33,838 nucleotides of DNA from Octopus bimaculoides (Eukaryota): positions 53,714,193-53,748,030 of the forward strand of contig NC_068989.1 in the NCBI RefSeq assembly GCF_001194135.2, read 5' to 3'. The position numbers and the translations under genes are program-made. Under the pieces are notes generated by a model that had not been told where the DNA came from, did not search any database, and saw only the letters and a list, made by a program, of their open reading frames with translations. Below are positions 10,158 to 21,397 of the stretch, one piece after another. Within the stretch, counting starts at the first letter, position 1. Each line of letters opens with the position of its first letter.

Positions 10158-10489
10158 AGTCAAATAGAATGAAACTAAAAAATTAAAACAACTAGAAAAT
10201 AAAGATTACAAAAATATAGTTTAAAAAAAGTGAATCCGATACCGTATCGTAGAAGATTAAAAACATATGCTGTGTTACCAGACGTTGGCTGCAAGTGGTA
10301 CCGACCCACAGAACTGGGAAAGTAGGGAAACAATTAGTAAAAGATTAGCATGAAATATTTTATAGAATTGTTACGCGACCAACGCAAATCCCTTCTCAAC
10401 GTAGGTATGGTGAAAATAGATCGAACTCCATGTTAATCCCTTACCGGTAGTCTTGTTTTTCTCTTTCTGAAGATTTATTTTCTTTTTTC

Positions 10490-10490
10490 A

Positions 10491-10523
<33 letters not shown>

Positions 10524-10747
10524 AACACACACATATATATATATGTATGTATGTGTGTGTGTGTGTGTGTAAGTGCGTCTGTATGTATGTGTGCGTGCGT
10601 GTGAGTGAGCGTGCGCGTATGTATATATATATATATAATGTATATGTATATATGTATATATATGTATGTATATATTTGTATATATATATGTGAATATGTA
10701 CATATGTATATATACATGTATATGTATATATATATATATATATATAT
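10490..10747. repeat. Compound (TA)/(CA)/(TG) microsatellite running into an N-gap
   Basis: Direct reading. Confidence 0.93.
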
Positions 10748-11316
10748 NNNNNNNNNNNNNNNNNNNNNNNNNNNNNNNNNNNNNNNNNNNNNNNNNNNNN
10801 NNNNNNNNNNNNNNNNNNNNNNNNNNNNNNNNNNNNNNNNNNNNNNNNNNNNNNNNNNNNNNNNNNNNNNNNNNNNNNNNNNNNNNNNNNNNNNNNNNNN
10901 NNNNNNNNNNNNNNNNNNNNNNNNNNNNNNNNNNNNNNNNNNNNNNNNNNNNNNNNNNNNNNNNNNNNNNNNNNNNNNNNNNNNNNNNNNNNNNNNNNNN
11001 NNNNNNNNNNNNNNNNNNNNNNNNNNNNNNNNNNNNNNNNNNNNNNNNNNNNNNNNNNNNNNNNNNNNNNNNNNNNNNNNNNNNNNNNNNNNNNNNNNNN
11101 NNNNNNNNNNNNNNNNNNNNNNNNNNNNNNNNNNNNNNNNNNNNNNNNNNNNNNNNNNNNNNNNNNNNNNNNNNNNNNNNNNNNNNNNNNNNNNNNNNNN
11201 NNNNNNNNNNNNNNNNNNNNNNNNNNNNNNNNNNNNNNNNNNNNNNNNNNNNNNNNNNNNNNNNNNNNNNNNNNNNNNNNNNNNNNNNNNNNNNNNNNNN
11301 NNNNNNNNNNNNNNNN

Positions 11317-11600
11317 GTTGTGAATGTTTATTAAGCGAAAACACCTAAAGCTCCATGAGGCCCCGGCAAGCAGTGATGGCGAACCCTACCGTATTCTTTC
11401 ACCACAACTTTCTCTCACTCTTTTCTCCTGAATCTGTTGTACCTGTATTTCAAAGGGCCAGCCTTGTTACACTCTATCACGCTTAATCTCCCCGAGAACT
11501 ACGTTAAGGGTACACGTGTCTGTGGACTGCTCAGCCACTTGCACGTTAATTCACGAGCAGGCTGTTCCGTTGATCGGATCAACTGGAACCTTCGTCGTTG
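11317..11600 (+). mobile_element. SINE-like element sharing the family B 3' module; head probably inside the gap
   Basis: 11439-11600 aligns to the reverse complement of 952-1115; 11317-11438 (aacacctaaagctccatgaggc...) differs from family B. Confidence 0.8.
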
Positions 11601-11633
11601 ATTGTATGTATTTATATATATTTATTTATTTAT

Positions 11634-11830
11634 AACTAATCGCACTCCTTGAAGAAAATGACTTCCTGAGTGATACCCATCATTGTTTTTGACCAGATAG
11701 GAGATCCTCAACCCAGCTCCTACAGAACTTATGACTGGGTGCTGAGACAATTACTCTACAGCTGAAATGTGGACGTAATTTACCTTGACTTTGCAAAAGC
11801 TTTTGATAAAGTTGATGATGGTATGATATT
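11634..11830 (+). mobile_element. CR1-group LINE RT fragment on the plus strand
   Basis: KLIALLEENDFLSDTHHCF*PDRRSSTQLL/YDWVLRQLLYS*NVDVIYLDFAKAFDKVDDGMI. Confidence 0.88.
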
Positions 11831-11831
11831 C

Positions 11832-14800
11832 TCAACTACCTGCGATACATTTGTGTCATCAGCATAACTGGTCAGATTGGCTGACTCTACCGCGGAAGGC
11901 ATGTCTGAGAGGGCCACCACAAATAGTAGTGACCTCAGTACAGTTGCCTGTGGGACTCCGCTGCGAATTGGTGTCCCTTCAGAGTGAGCACCATTGGCTA
12001 CAACTGTCTGACTCCTGCCCTTCAGAAAGTCATGCAGCCACTTTCCCAGTTTCCCGGTAATACCAAGGTTTTGCAGCTTGTGACATATCATGCCATGATC
12101 AACCTTGTCGAAGACCTTGGCAAAGTCGAGGTATATCACGTCTACAGCTGACTGATTTAGCTGTTGCTTCAGTACCCAGTCAAAGTGCTGCAGTAACTGT
12201 GTGCGGCAGCTCTTCCCTGGACGGAAGCCATGCTGTGTGTTTGTAAGAAGGTTGTTTTCTTCTAGGAACGTGATCAGCCTTTTTCTTACAATGCGTTCCA
12301 TTATCTTGCTAACATGTGAGGCCAGAGAGATGGGTCTGTAGTTTTCAGGATCTGCTCTGCTTCCTCGTTTATGGACAGGGCAGATTATACCCTCTTTTAG
12401 CATGTTGGGAAGTTTACCACATGCAAGAAAACTCTGAAGAGTATCTGCAGTGGCTTTGCAAGAGCCTTTTTACATGTCTTTAAGATAACAGCTGAAACTC
12501 CATCTAGGCTTGTTGCTAAGTTTGATCTCATTTCACCAATGGCCGATATTACATCCTCTTCTGTTATTTTGATGTAATCGGAGGCTGCCTCTTTTTCGAA
12601 TAGATTCATTACATTGAAAACTCCTTCGGCTTGTTTATTTGCATATTTTTCCAGTAGAGAAGTGAAAACACTTCGGAATTGTTTACTTAGAGTTTCACTT
12701 ATCTTCCCCGGGTCTGCAGTTAGTGAGCCGTTTTTATCAAATAGTGGCCCTATCTTATAGTGTTCTGAGGCAGACGCCTTTGCCAGCGTGTAGAAGGCTT
12801 TAGGATTTCTTTTTATATTTTCGACTGCCAAGGTTTCTCTTTCTTCTCTTTATTTTTCATGGGAGATTTTGAGTTTATTCTCTATATGGAAAAGTTCCTG
12901 TCAGATGGGCTTTCATACTGTCATTAACGTGTTTGTTTAAGTGATTCGAGATCTTTATTCTCCGCCGCTTGAGTATTCTCCTGTCTTGGAGAATGATGTT
13001 TTTGTGCTTATTTGTTCTCTTCTCTAGGACATATTTAATGCATATGGCTCGCATTATTGACATGAATTTATAGAGTTTCATATCTATGTCTTGCATAGAG
13101 AGGCTTTTAGCTCAATCCTGCTAGAGCCACATGTTTTTGAAGTGACTTTCAGTCAGCCTTATAAAAATATAGCCTGGATAGGGTTTGAGGGCCATCTGTG
13201 CAGAGTTTACCTTTAGTTAATTCCAGGCCAGACATTGTCAGTTCTATCATGTTATGATCTGAGAATATTGTCGGTGATATATTCACGTTGTGGATAATTT
13301 GCACACTGTTTGTAAAAGAGAGGTCCAGGAATTTTTGTACCTGGTTGGAGAGAGTATGATTTGCTCCATAAATAGCATTTTTGTAAGATCAAGTAGAGAT
13401 TCTGCTTGATTCCGTTCTTTGTGTGTCATTATGTTGCCCTCAGGCCACTTGATGTTGAGGAAGTTGAAGTCACCCATCAGGAATATAGTAGTACGTTGAT
13501 CCAATTGTGTAAGTACTTCCTTTATCGCACTGATGCCTTCCGCAAATTTTCCATCATGATTTGAGGCATCAGGTGGGCGATATAGTGTGTATATCACTAT
13601 ATCAAGTTGCTTTAGATGTACTATGAGTGTGTCGCACATCGAGTTCGAGTTCGATAACAGGGTTAATGGTGTGACATCTTCGCGGATGTACATTGCAACT
13701 CCACCGTAACTTCTTTTTCTTCTGTCCGTACGGAAGATAGCATACATTTGTATGTGCATCTCCGCATCATTTATGTCTGAGGATAGATGTGTTCCTGTAA
13801 GTGCAATGCATATAGCTTGAGTACATGTAGAAAGATTCTTCAGGTGCTCAATTTTGCATTTGCTGTTGTTCTGTAGCAGGCCTCTTATATTCATTAGTAG
13901 AAATGGCGTTTGTGTTAGTGTGACGGGTGGTGTGGTTACAATGGTAGCCAATCGGAGTCCATCAGTTGTGGCAGTCTTGTGTGCAAGGGTACATAGCTCA
14001 GCTTTGTCTGTAGCCATGACAACCGTTGCATTATTTCCTGTGCCACACTTAAAAAAATGTTGTTGCTCAACTGCTGCAGCTTGTACTGCATCTGCATATG
14101 ACTTCTGTCAGGCCTTTTTTCGGCAGGTTTGTGCTGGGATATAGACTTTTCCAAGTGTAGTTGTTTCTTTCGTTGTGTGAGTGATGGATTTTACTCCAGC
14201 GCTGGGTGCGCAAAGCGGCAGTTTGTCCCACTCTCTCCATGCCAGCAGACACCTCTTTTGTGGAACTTGCAGTTAATCATTTTCCCTGAGAAGGTTTGAT
14301 TTAAGTTTTTATTTTAGAACCATTTTCACTTGGCTTTCGTCTGGTTTCTTCTTTTTATACTTCTTTTTCTACTGCTACATTGCTGCTTTGGGAGGTGTTG
14401 GGACTGTAGTTGTTCGCACTTTTCTCGTGTCCTTCCCAGTTGAGCTTTTTAACCGTCTGTGCTGATGTTGCTTTCTGTGTGAGATTTCTCACAGGCAGTA
14501 TCATTATTTTTTTTTCTTGGCACATTTGAAAATGATGTCCAGTTTCTCCATGTGTGGCCGTATGACCACGTAAGTTCAGATGAACTCATTCTTCTTTCGC
14601 TCTATTTGTGCCAAAGATCTGGAGAAACCATTGCTCTTCAGGGCAGCTGTAATTAAATTATTTGGCGAATCGCCTTCTGCGATTCAACAGGCACGTAGGA
14701 ATCATCCTATCTCTGCAGGCTTCCAATTTCTTATTATCTTCTTTGTGGTGTATGGCTGTGGTCGTGTGGTCAGTTAGATTTTGAGCGCAAGTATGGAGAG

Positions 14801-14969
14801 AGCAGGAGTGTGATGGGAGAAAGAGCGGAGAGTAGTGAGAAGATGTTGGGTAGGTAAAGGGGGGAAGCAAGCTGGGGAAGAGACCAAAAGGGGTGACGGG
14901 GGGCGGAATATGAAGGGACAGACAGAAAGGTGAGGCAGAGAGGAGATTAAGAGGGAAGCCGAGTTGAGG
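11832..14969 (-). mobile_element. CR1-group LINE retaining its 5' part (putative 5' UTR, ORF1 with CCCH finger, APE endonuclease, RT), 3'-truncated after YADD and pseudogenised
   Basis: APE 13283-13900 (LMNIRGL, LTGTHL, RTDR..YGGVAMYI, LYRPP, MGDFN). RT 11832-12560 (YRPISLASHVSKIMER, QHGFRPGKSC, VIYLDFAKVFDKVDH, SGVPQATVL, SYADDT). Stops and frameshifts between ORF pieces. Confidence 0.92.
14206..14271 (-). pseudogene. C-x7-C-x8-C-x3-H zinc finger in the LINE ORF1 remnant
   Basis: CKFHKRGVCWHGESGTNCRFAH(P), same frame as the MEKSISQH... ORF piece. Confidence 0.8.
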
Positions 14970-16482
14970 NNNNNNNNNNNNNNNNNNNNNNNNNNNNNNN
15001 NNNNNNNNNNNNNNNNNNNNNNNNNNNNNNNNNNNNNNNNNNNNNNNNNNNNNNNNNNNNNNNNNNNNNNNNNNNNNNNNNNNNNNNNNNNNNNNNNNNN
15101 NNNNNNNNNNNNNNNNNNNNNNNNNNNNNNNNNNNNNNNNNNNNNNNNNNNNNNNNNNNNNNNNNNNNNNNNNNNNNNNNNNNNNNNNNNNNNNNNNNNN
15201 NNNNNNNNNNNNNNNNNNNNNNNNNNNNNNNNNNNNNNNNNNNNNNNNNNNNNNNNNNNNNNNNNNNNNNNNNNNNNNNNNNNNNNNNNNNNNNNNNNNN
15301 NNNNNNNNNNNNNNNNNNNNNNNNNNNNNNNNNNNNNNNNNNNNNNNNNNNNNNNNNNNNNNNNNNNNNNNNNNNNNNNNNNNNNNNNNNNNNNNNNNNN
15401 NNNNNNNNNNNNNNNNNNNNNNNNNNNNNNNNNNNNNNNNNNNNNNNNNNNNNNNNNNNNNNNNNNNNNNNNNNNNNNNNNNNNNNNNNNNNNNNNNNNN
15501 NNNNNNNNNNNNNNNNNNNNNNNNNNNNNNNNNNNNNNNNNNNNNNNNNNNNNNNNNNNNNNNNNNNNNNNNNNNNNNNNNNNNNNNNNNNNNNNNNNNN
15601 NNNNNNNNNNNNNNNNNNNNNNNNNNNNNNNNNNNNNNNNNNNNNNNNNNNNNNNNNNNNNNNNNNNNNNNNNNNNNNNNNNNNNNNNNNNNNNNNNNNN
15701 NNNNNNNNNNNNNNNNNNNNNNNNNNNNNNNNNNNNNNNNNNNNNNNNNNNNNNNNNNNNNNNNNNNNNNNNNNNNNNNNNNNNNNNNNNNNNNNNNNNN
15801 NNNNNNNNNNNNNNNNNNNNNNNNNNNNNNNNNNNNNNNNNNNNNNNNNNNNNNNNNNNNNNNNNNNNNNNNNNNNNNNNNNNNNNNNNNNNNNNNNNNN
15901 NNNNNNNNNNNNNNNNAGAGAAGAAACGCTTCCAAACATACAACCAAAATAAATGAACGGGTTAGAAGAAATAGAAAGCCAGTATTTATCAGACCTTGTT
16001 AGAAAGAAAAATATATAAACAAAGAAGAGAAGAAAAGAAAAGAAGATGTCGTCGCGTAGGTCAGAAACAAAAACAAAACACAGAAAGGGTGGGTCGATAA
16101 CTTATAGCTTTTTATTTTACGGGACCTTTCGTTAATTTAATTATGGAAAATGCACGTGTATTTATTGTGTCTTATCTCAAATTTTTCTTATAGTTGTGGT
16201 AGATGTTACGAAGTTTTCTGTACTTTTCCGTAAGCACGCGGGGGAATTTCTTGATCGAAGAAACAACGATGTTTTGACTTCGTGTTTTTGTTGAAGATTC
16301 CTTCTGCTCAGTATATTTATGTATGTGATTTTAAATATATCGTAATTTTATAGATATATTGTATTTTAGTATACTTACTGATCAGTTTGCTGGGATTAAA
16401 AAAATATATTTTTACGAGTTTTCAGGAGCACAGAAAAACACGTGTGGACCATACGAAACCGAAAGTATATATATGTTATAAA

Positions 16483-18100
16483 TGATTTGATTTGATTTTA
16501 TTTTTGATCTAGTTTCCGCTCATGAACTGGGGCCATACTGGGGCGCCACCATGGGAGTTTGATATCGCTGCCTTCATCTGCACTTCCTGCTGTGAAGTTG
16601 GCTCATCCGGGATGCTTGACAGTAAGAGGTCAAGTTTCGTTTTGAAAACGCTTACATCCACCCCATGCAGATCTCTCAGGTCCTTCGGGTGGATATTTAA
16701 AGGCTGTGGTCCTTTAAATTCCAGGCTGTTGCAATGCAATATCTTGCCCTAAATCGTGATGGCAAAGTTGGAGCCTTTGACACCATGCAGTGGCGCCATG
16801 TTCTAGTATTAGTTTAACTCTTGATGCCAAAGTTTGGGACAAGTCCCTCTAGAATCTTCCTGATGTATATTACGGCATACCTTTCTCGCTTGCGCTCTAG
16901 GAAATACAGTCTCAATCTCTTGAGTCTTTCCCAATAGCTTATATGCTGCATAGAGGCCATCGTCTTCGTGTAGCTTCGTTGGATTGCCCCAAGTTCTGCA
17001 ATGAATTTTACACTGGTTAGTGACCATCGCTGGGAGCAATAGTCAAATCGGCTTAGAGCAAATGTCCTCCAGTAAACCATCATGGTTTCCTGATCTCCCG
17101 TTCTAAAAGTTCTAAGAATCCACCAGTTCAGCTGTCTGATTTCATTTCCAACTCAGTAACATGCACATAGAAGGACGCATCATTACTCGTGTAAATGCTC
17201 AGGTCTCTCACTGACTGTGTCTCTGGGATTGCAATCCTTCTAGATCTAGTGTATTTAATTGATATTGCATTTAGTTTTTCATGCTGATAGCACAAGTCTT
17301 GAAACTGCATGCTATTCTTCTCAGCCCACGTGAATATTTCCTCCAACCCACATTGCAGGTGCAGAGTGTCTTCAGGGTTCTGTATCTCCTGTGAGACTTT
17401 TCTATCATCTGAATAACTTGTGATCGGAGATTCTGTGTGGCAAAAGGCATATCTGAGAGGGCCATTATGAACATTAGTGGTCTTAAAACAGTGCCTTGCG
17501 GAACACCGCTCATATTTGTGAGTAATTGGATGTGGGCCCCATTGGCTACCACCTGATATCTATCCTTCAGAAAGCCATTCAGCCATTCTCCCAATTTCTC
17601 AACTATGCCGAGATCACGCAGTTTGTGACGTTTCATTCCATGATCGATTTTATGGAAAGCCTTCGCAAGGTCGAGGTATATCACATCCACAGTTGCGTGG
17701 TTGAATAGCTGTTTGAACACCCACTCATAGTGTTGTTAGAGCTGAGTCAGGCAGTTTCTTTCTGGTCAGAAACCATGTTGGGTATCAGTCAGCAAGTCAT
17801 TTTCCTCAAAGACAGTGATTAGTTTTCATATTTGTTCCATGACTTTGCTGATGTCCGAGGTCAGAAAGATAGGTCTGTAGTTTTTGTCCTCTGCACTGAA
17901 ACCTCCTTTATGAATAGGGCAAATTTAACCTTCCTTCAGCTTGCTTGGAAGTTTGCCAATTGCAAGGAAGCTCTAGAAGAGAGACTGTAGTGGTCTTGCT
18001 AGGATTCGTTTGCATATTTTTAGAAGGATCGCGTGGAATCCAGCTGGGCCAGTACCTGAGTTCGGGTTCATTTCATGTATAGCTCTTATTGAAATTGCAT
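16483..18100 (-). mobile_element. CR1-group LINE, 5'-truncated, RT to 3' tail with (AAATC)n end
   Basis: NYRPIFLTSDISK, VDVIYLDLAKAFHKIDHG, SGVPQGTVL, SRFDYCSQRWS, SYWERLKRLRLY..ERKRERY, IPDEPT; tail ggtggcgccccagtatggccccagttc..ggaaac. Confidence 0.92.
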
Positions 18101-18115
18101 TTTTTTATATATATA

Positions 18116-18154
<39 letters not shown>

Positions 18155-18452
18155 NNNNNNNNNNNNNNNNNNNNNNNNNNNNNNNNNNNNNNNNNNNNNN
18201 NNNNNNNNNNNNNNNNNNNNNNNNNNNNNNNNNNNNNNNNNNNNNNNNNNNNNNNNNNNNNNNNNNNNNNNNNNNNNNNNNNNNNNNNNNNNNNNNNNNN
18301 NNNNNNNNNNNNNNNNNNNNNNNNNNNNNNNNNNNNNNNNNNNNNNNNNNNNNNNNNNNNNNNNNNNNNNNNNNNNNNNNNNNNNNNNNNNNNNNNNNNN
18401 NNNNNNNNNNNNNNNNNNNNNNNNNNNNNNNNNNNNNNNNNNNNNNNNNNNN

Positions 18453-18494
<42 letters not shown>

Positions 18495-18904
18495 AAAAGG
18501 TTGAGTTCTATTTCATCCTTTACTGTTGTGGTTTCCAAGGCTAGATTTCTAATAAAGATTCTTCATATTAAATTAGTAGCTCACTATTGTAAGTATTTAT
18601 TAAATACAAAAATGTTACAAGTATAAGGTGTCTTATGAGAGTTTATACAACACGTATCCTATATAAGCTCAACAAAGAATTAAAGATGGAGAAGAAAAGG
18701 TGTTAAAAGTTTTATGAAATGTTAATCCATGCATACGATCGTCTCGAATGGTAATATTAACATGTAAGAAACATGGAAAACATTAAAAATTAATTTCATT
18801 ATAATTATAATCAAATTAATTACATATTACCGTTCTCCTCAGTGCGAAAGAAGAATACATCACAAAGAAAATAATTTTAGAGGTTTCAATAATAATAAAC
18901 TAGA

Positions 18905-19098
18905 TACTAATAAGATAATATGGCTTATAATCCTAGATGCCAATCAAATAAAAACTAATTTGGTGAAATGTGTTTATAGGCTAATCAATGGGCATTTCAA
19001 TATAAATAATAAATATTATTAAATTCTTAACAATAAAAAAATAAAGATAAGATATAGTTTAATTTATAACTTAGCTATTATAGCTTCTATAAATAATA
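18905..19098 (+). mobile_element. Naiad-type PLE post-RT linker remnant in inverted orientation
   Basis: NKIIW/..QIKTNLVKCVYRLINGHFNINNKYY*ILNNKKIKIRYSLIYNLAIIASINN matches the recalled Naiad pattern IIWFNPP..V.TNIGK.FL.LI.KHF....L.KIFN....K.SYSC..N..SII..HN. Confidence 0.7.
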
Positions 19099-19099
19099 G

Positions 19100-19343
19100 C
19101 TATTCATTAACTGGGTATAATTTTAAATTTTATTCGGTTTCTTTATATATTTACGAGTTTTATTATTATCATTCCAGGAGTGGCTGTGTGGTAAGTAGCT
19201 TGCTTACTAACCACATGGTTCCGGGTTCAGTCCCACTGCGTGGCACCTTGGGCAAGTGTCTTCTACTATAGCCTCGGGCCGACCAAAGCCTTGTGAGTGG
19301 ATTTGGTAGACGGAAACTGAAAGAAGCCCGTCGTATATATATG

Positions 19344-19374
<31 letters not shown>

Positions 19375-20987
19375 TTGCGTGTCTGTGTTTGTCCCCCCAC
19401 CATCGCTTGACAACCGATGCTGGTGTGTCTACGTTCCCGTAACTTAGCGGCTCGGCAAAAAGAGACCTATAGAATAAGTACTAGGCTTACAAAGAATAAG
19501 TCCTGGGGTCGATTTTCTCGACTAAAGGCGATGCTCCAGCATGGCCCCAGTCAAATGACTGAAACAAGTAAAAGAGTAAAAGAGTATTCCTATTTATTTA
19601 TAATATTATTATCTTTAATATATTGTAATTTATTCTTATATCCTGCTTTACTTAAAGCCAAATCATATTCTTTATGTCTATTAAATATATCTTCATTATA
19701 AGGTAAATATTATATGCTAAAGCATTTTCATTGAAGGTAGGTGATTGCTTTGATAATTCATATATTTTAATTTATAATTTGGTTTCATATATGGTTCATG
19801 TATTCCAGATGATAAATTACAATTCATATCTATGTAATTAATTAAATTATATTCTTTTTCTATAGTCATAGACAGACCAAATCTTTTGAAAAATTTAAAT
19901 AATCGTCTCATTATGAGTTCTAGGTGTCTATTAGATGTATTCTTACCTATAAATAGTGCATCATCTCTATAAAGTCCCCCCATCAGCTCTGGTAATTCAT
20001 CTTGTATATTTGCTAATAAATATACTCCTACTATATCAGTTATTTGCGCGGAATCTGGCACTCCCATAGAAATATCGAAATTTATAACTCATGTGCAGGC
20101 TGTTAAAATTACATTGATTTCCTTCATGCTAATAGATGTATATTTCTTGGTAAATATCAAGGCGCTATTTAATATAGTGGGGTTTATACTAGAGTAATAA
20201 TTGTCAATATCTATTTATAGGAATTTATGTTTATATTTATTATTTATATTAGAGAACCATTTAATAGTATTTTGAATGTTTAACCATAATTGTAGTCTGA
20301 TCTTATTTTTCAGGATCGGTATATATTTATCTAAAATTATTTTGCTAAGTTTACATAAATCAGATCTATAAGGACAGATTAGTCTAACAATTGGAGCAAT
20401 ATGAAAATTCTCTTTATGATCTTTAATTTTAATCCGTAGTCTAATGGGTAATAATGGTTCTGATTTATCATCTATATTATAATTTTTAAAATTTTTTTTA
20501 GCCTCTACGTTAATCTGTCTAAGGGTACTATAAGGAACTATCTTGTATTTTTTTTTTTTTGTAATTTCTTTGTGCAATAATTTATAGTATAAATTAATAT
20601 CCATGTTATATAAATTTCTTTTATCTGAATTAGCAATAACTCCCTTTATATTTTTTAGTTCATGTGTTAATTTTTTAGCTTCCTTTGGTGTTGGTTGTTC
20701 CATGATGGGTGTTTCTTAAATTTTAAGTTTTTGATTATAGTCCATAGTTCTTGTTCAAATGTTTCTAGGTGGTTATAATGTAATGGTGTCTTCCTGGTTT
20801 TAAATACTCCAGCAGTAAAATCCATGCTAATATCCTTATTGTTATTAGTGGTATCCATTTGATCTTTATTATGATAAAAAGTTCTCTATCTTAGTCTATG
20901 TGCGAAGACTGTTATTTTTGGCAATCAGCTCTTTTTTGGTGGCACTGGCATGTCTATCAGAGATGTGTCAATTGTCATATTTTCCAT
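19100..20987 (-). mobile_element. Naiad-type Penelope-like retroelement, N-terminus through RT and thumb, pseudogenised, interrupted by a SINE
   Basis: ATG at 20987 (MENMTIDTSLIDMPVPPKK..HRLR*RTFY); IANSDKRNLY; KIKDHKENF..RLICP; FL*IDIDNYYSSI; FDISMGVPDSAQITDIVGVYLL; GLYRDDAL; NYQSNHLP; YNEDIFNRHKEYDLALSKAGYKNKLQY. Confidence 0.9.
19176..19585 (+). mobile_element. tRNA-derived SINE, family C (CORE-like segment, internal TA/TG microsatellite, LINE-derived tail), probable 5-bp TSD ATTCC
   Basis: A-box ggctgtgtggtaag, B-box gggttcagtccc, ggcaccttgggcaagtgtctt segment, tail ...ctgaaacaagtaaaagagtaaaagagt. ATTCC at 19171-19175 and 19586-19590. Confidence 0.92.
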
Positions 20988-21294
20988 TATCTAGTATTAT
21001 TCCATATAAGACAGATATATTTACTGACACTAAAGTAACGAGTAAATAATCATAATTGTTTCAAAAAATAATAATCTAGCTAGGGGTAATCTTTACCTAA
21101 GGGATATTAAATATTCGAAGAATTTATTGGTTTATATTATCTATATCAATAACAATGTTATTCCAATAGGTAAATAAAAAAACTATCATACAGTTTATTA
21201 ATATATAAGTATAAATAAGACGTGAAAAACAAAACAATAAATTGAACAATTATAAATTTAATTCAATTTAAATATTTTATACAAACAAATGACA

Positions 21295-21397
21295 CATCTC
21301 ATAAATTACAGCTGCTTCTGCTTCATTAATAAGACGAAATTTATCAAGAATGATAAAATCCGTTTAAATATGTAATGATGCTTCATCAGAAAGACGT
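21295..21397 (-). ncRNA. Degenerate minimal type-I hammerhead ribozyme-like motif upstream of the PLE ORF
   Basis: Minus strand cgtctta-TTAATGA-agca-GAAG-cagctg-TA-attt-atgagatg: stem I pairing, two changes from CTGATGA, GAAA read as GAAG, palindromic CAGCTG stem III. A related repeat ~55 nt upstream has an intact cgtcttt-CTGATGA-agca. Confidence 0.45.

Noticed and set aside
14658-15956. Long ORFs of 200-430 aa in the ORF track (also at 10475-11348, 23311-24487, 25557-26366, 27168-27982, 30633-31503)
   Set aside because: They consist of X residues from N-gaps plus microsatellite translations, so they are artefacts.
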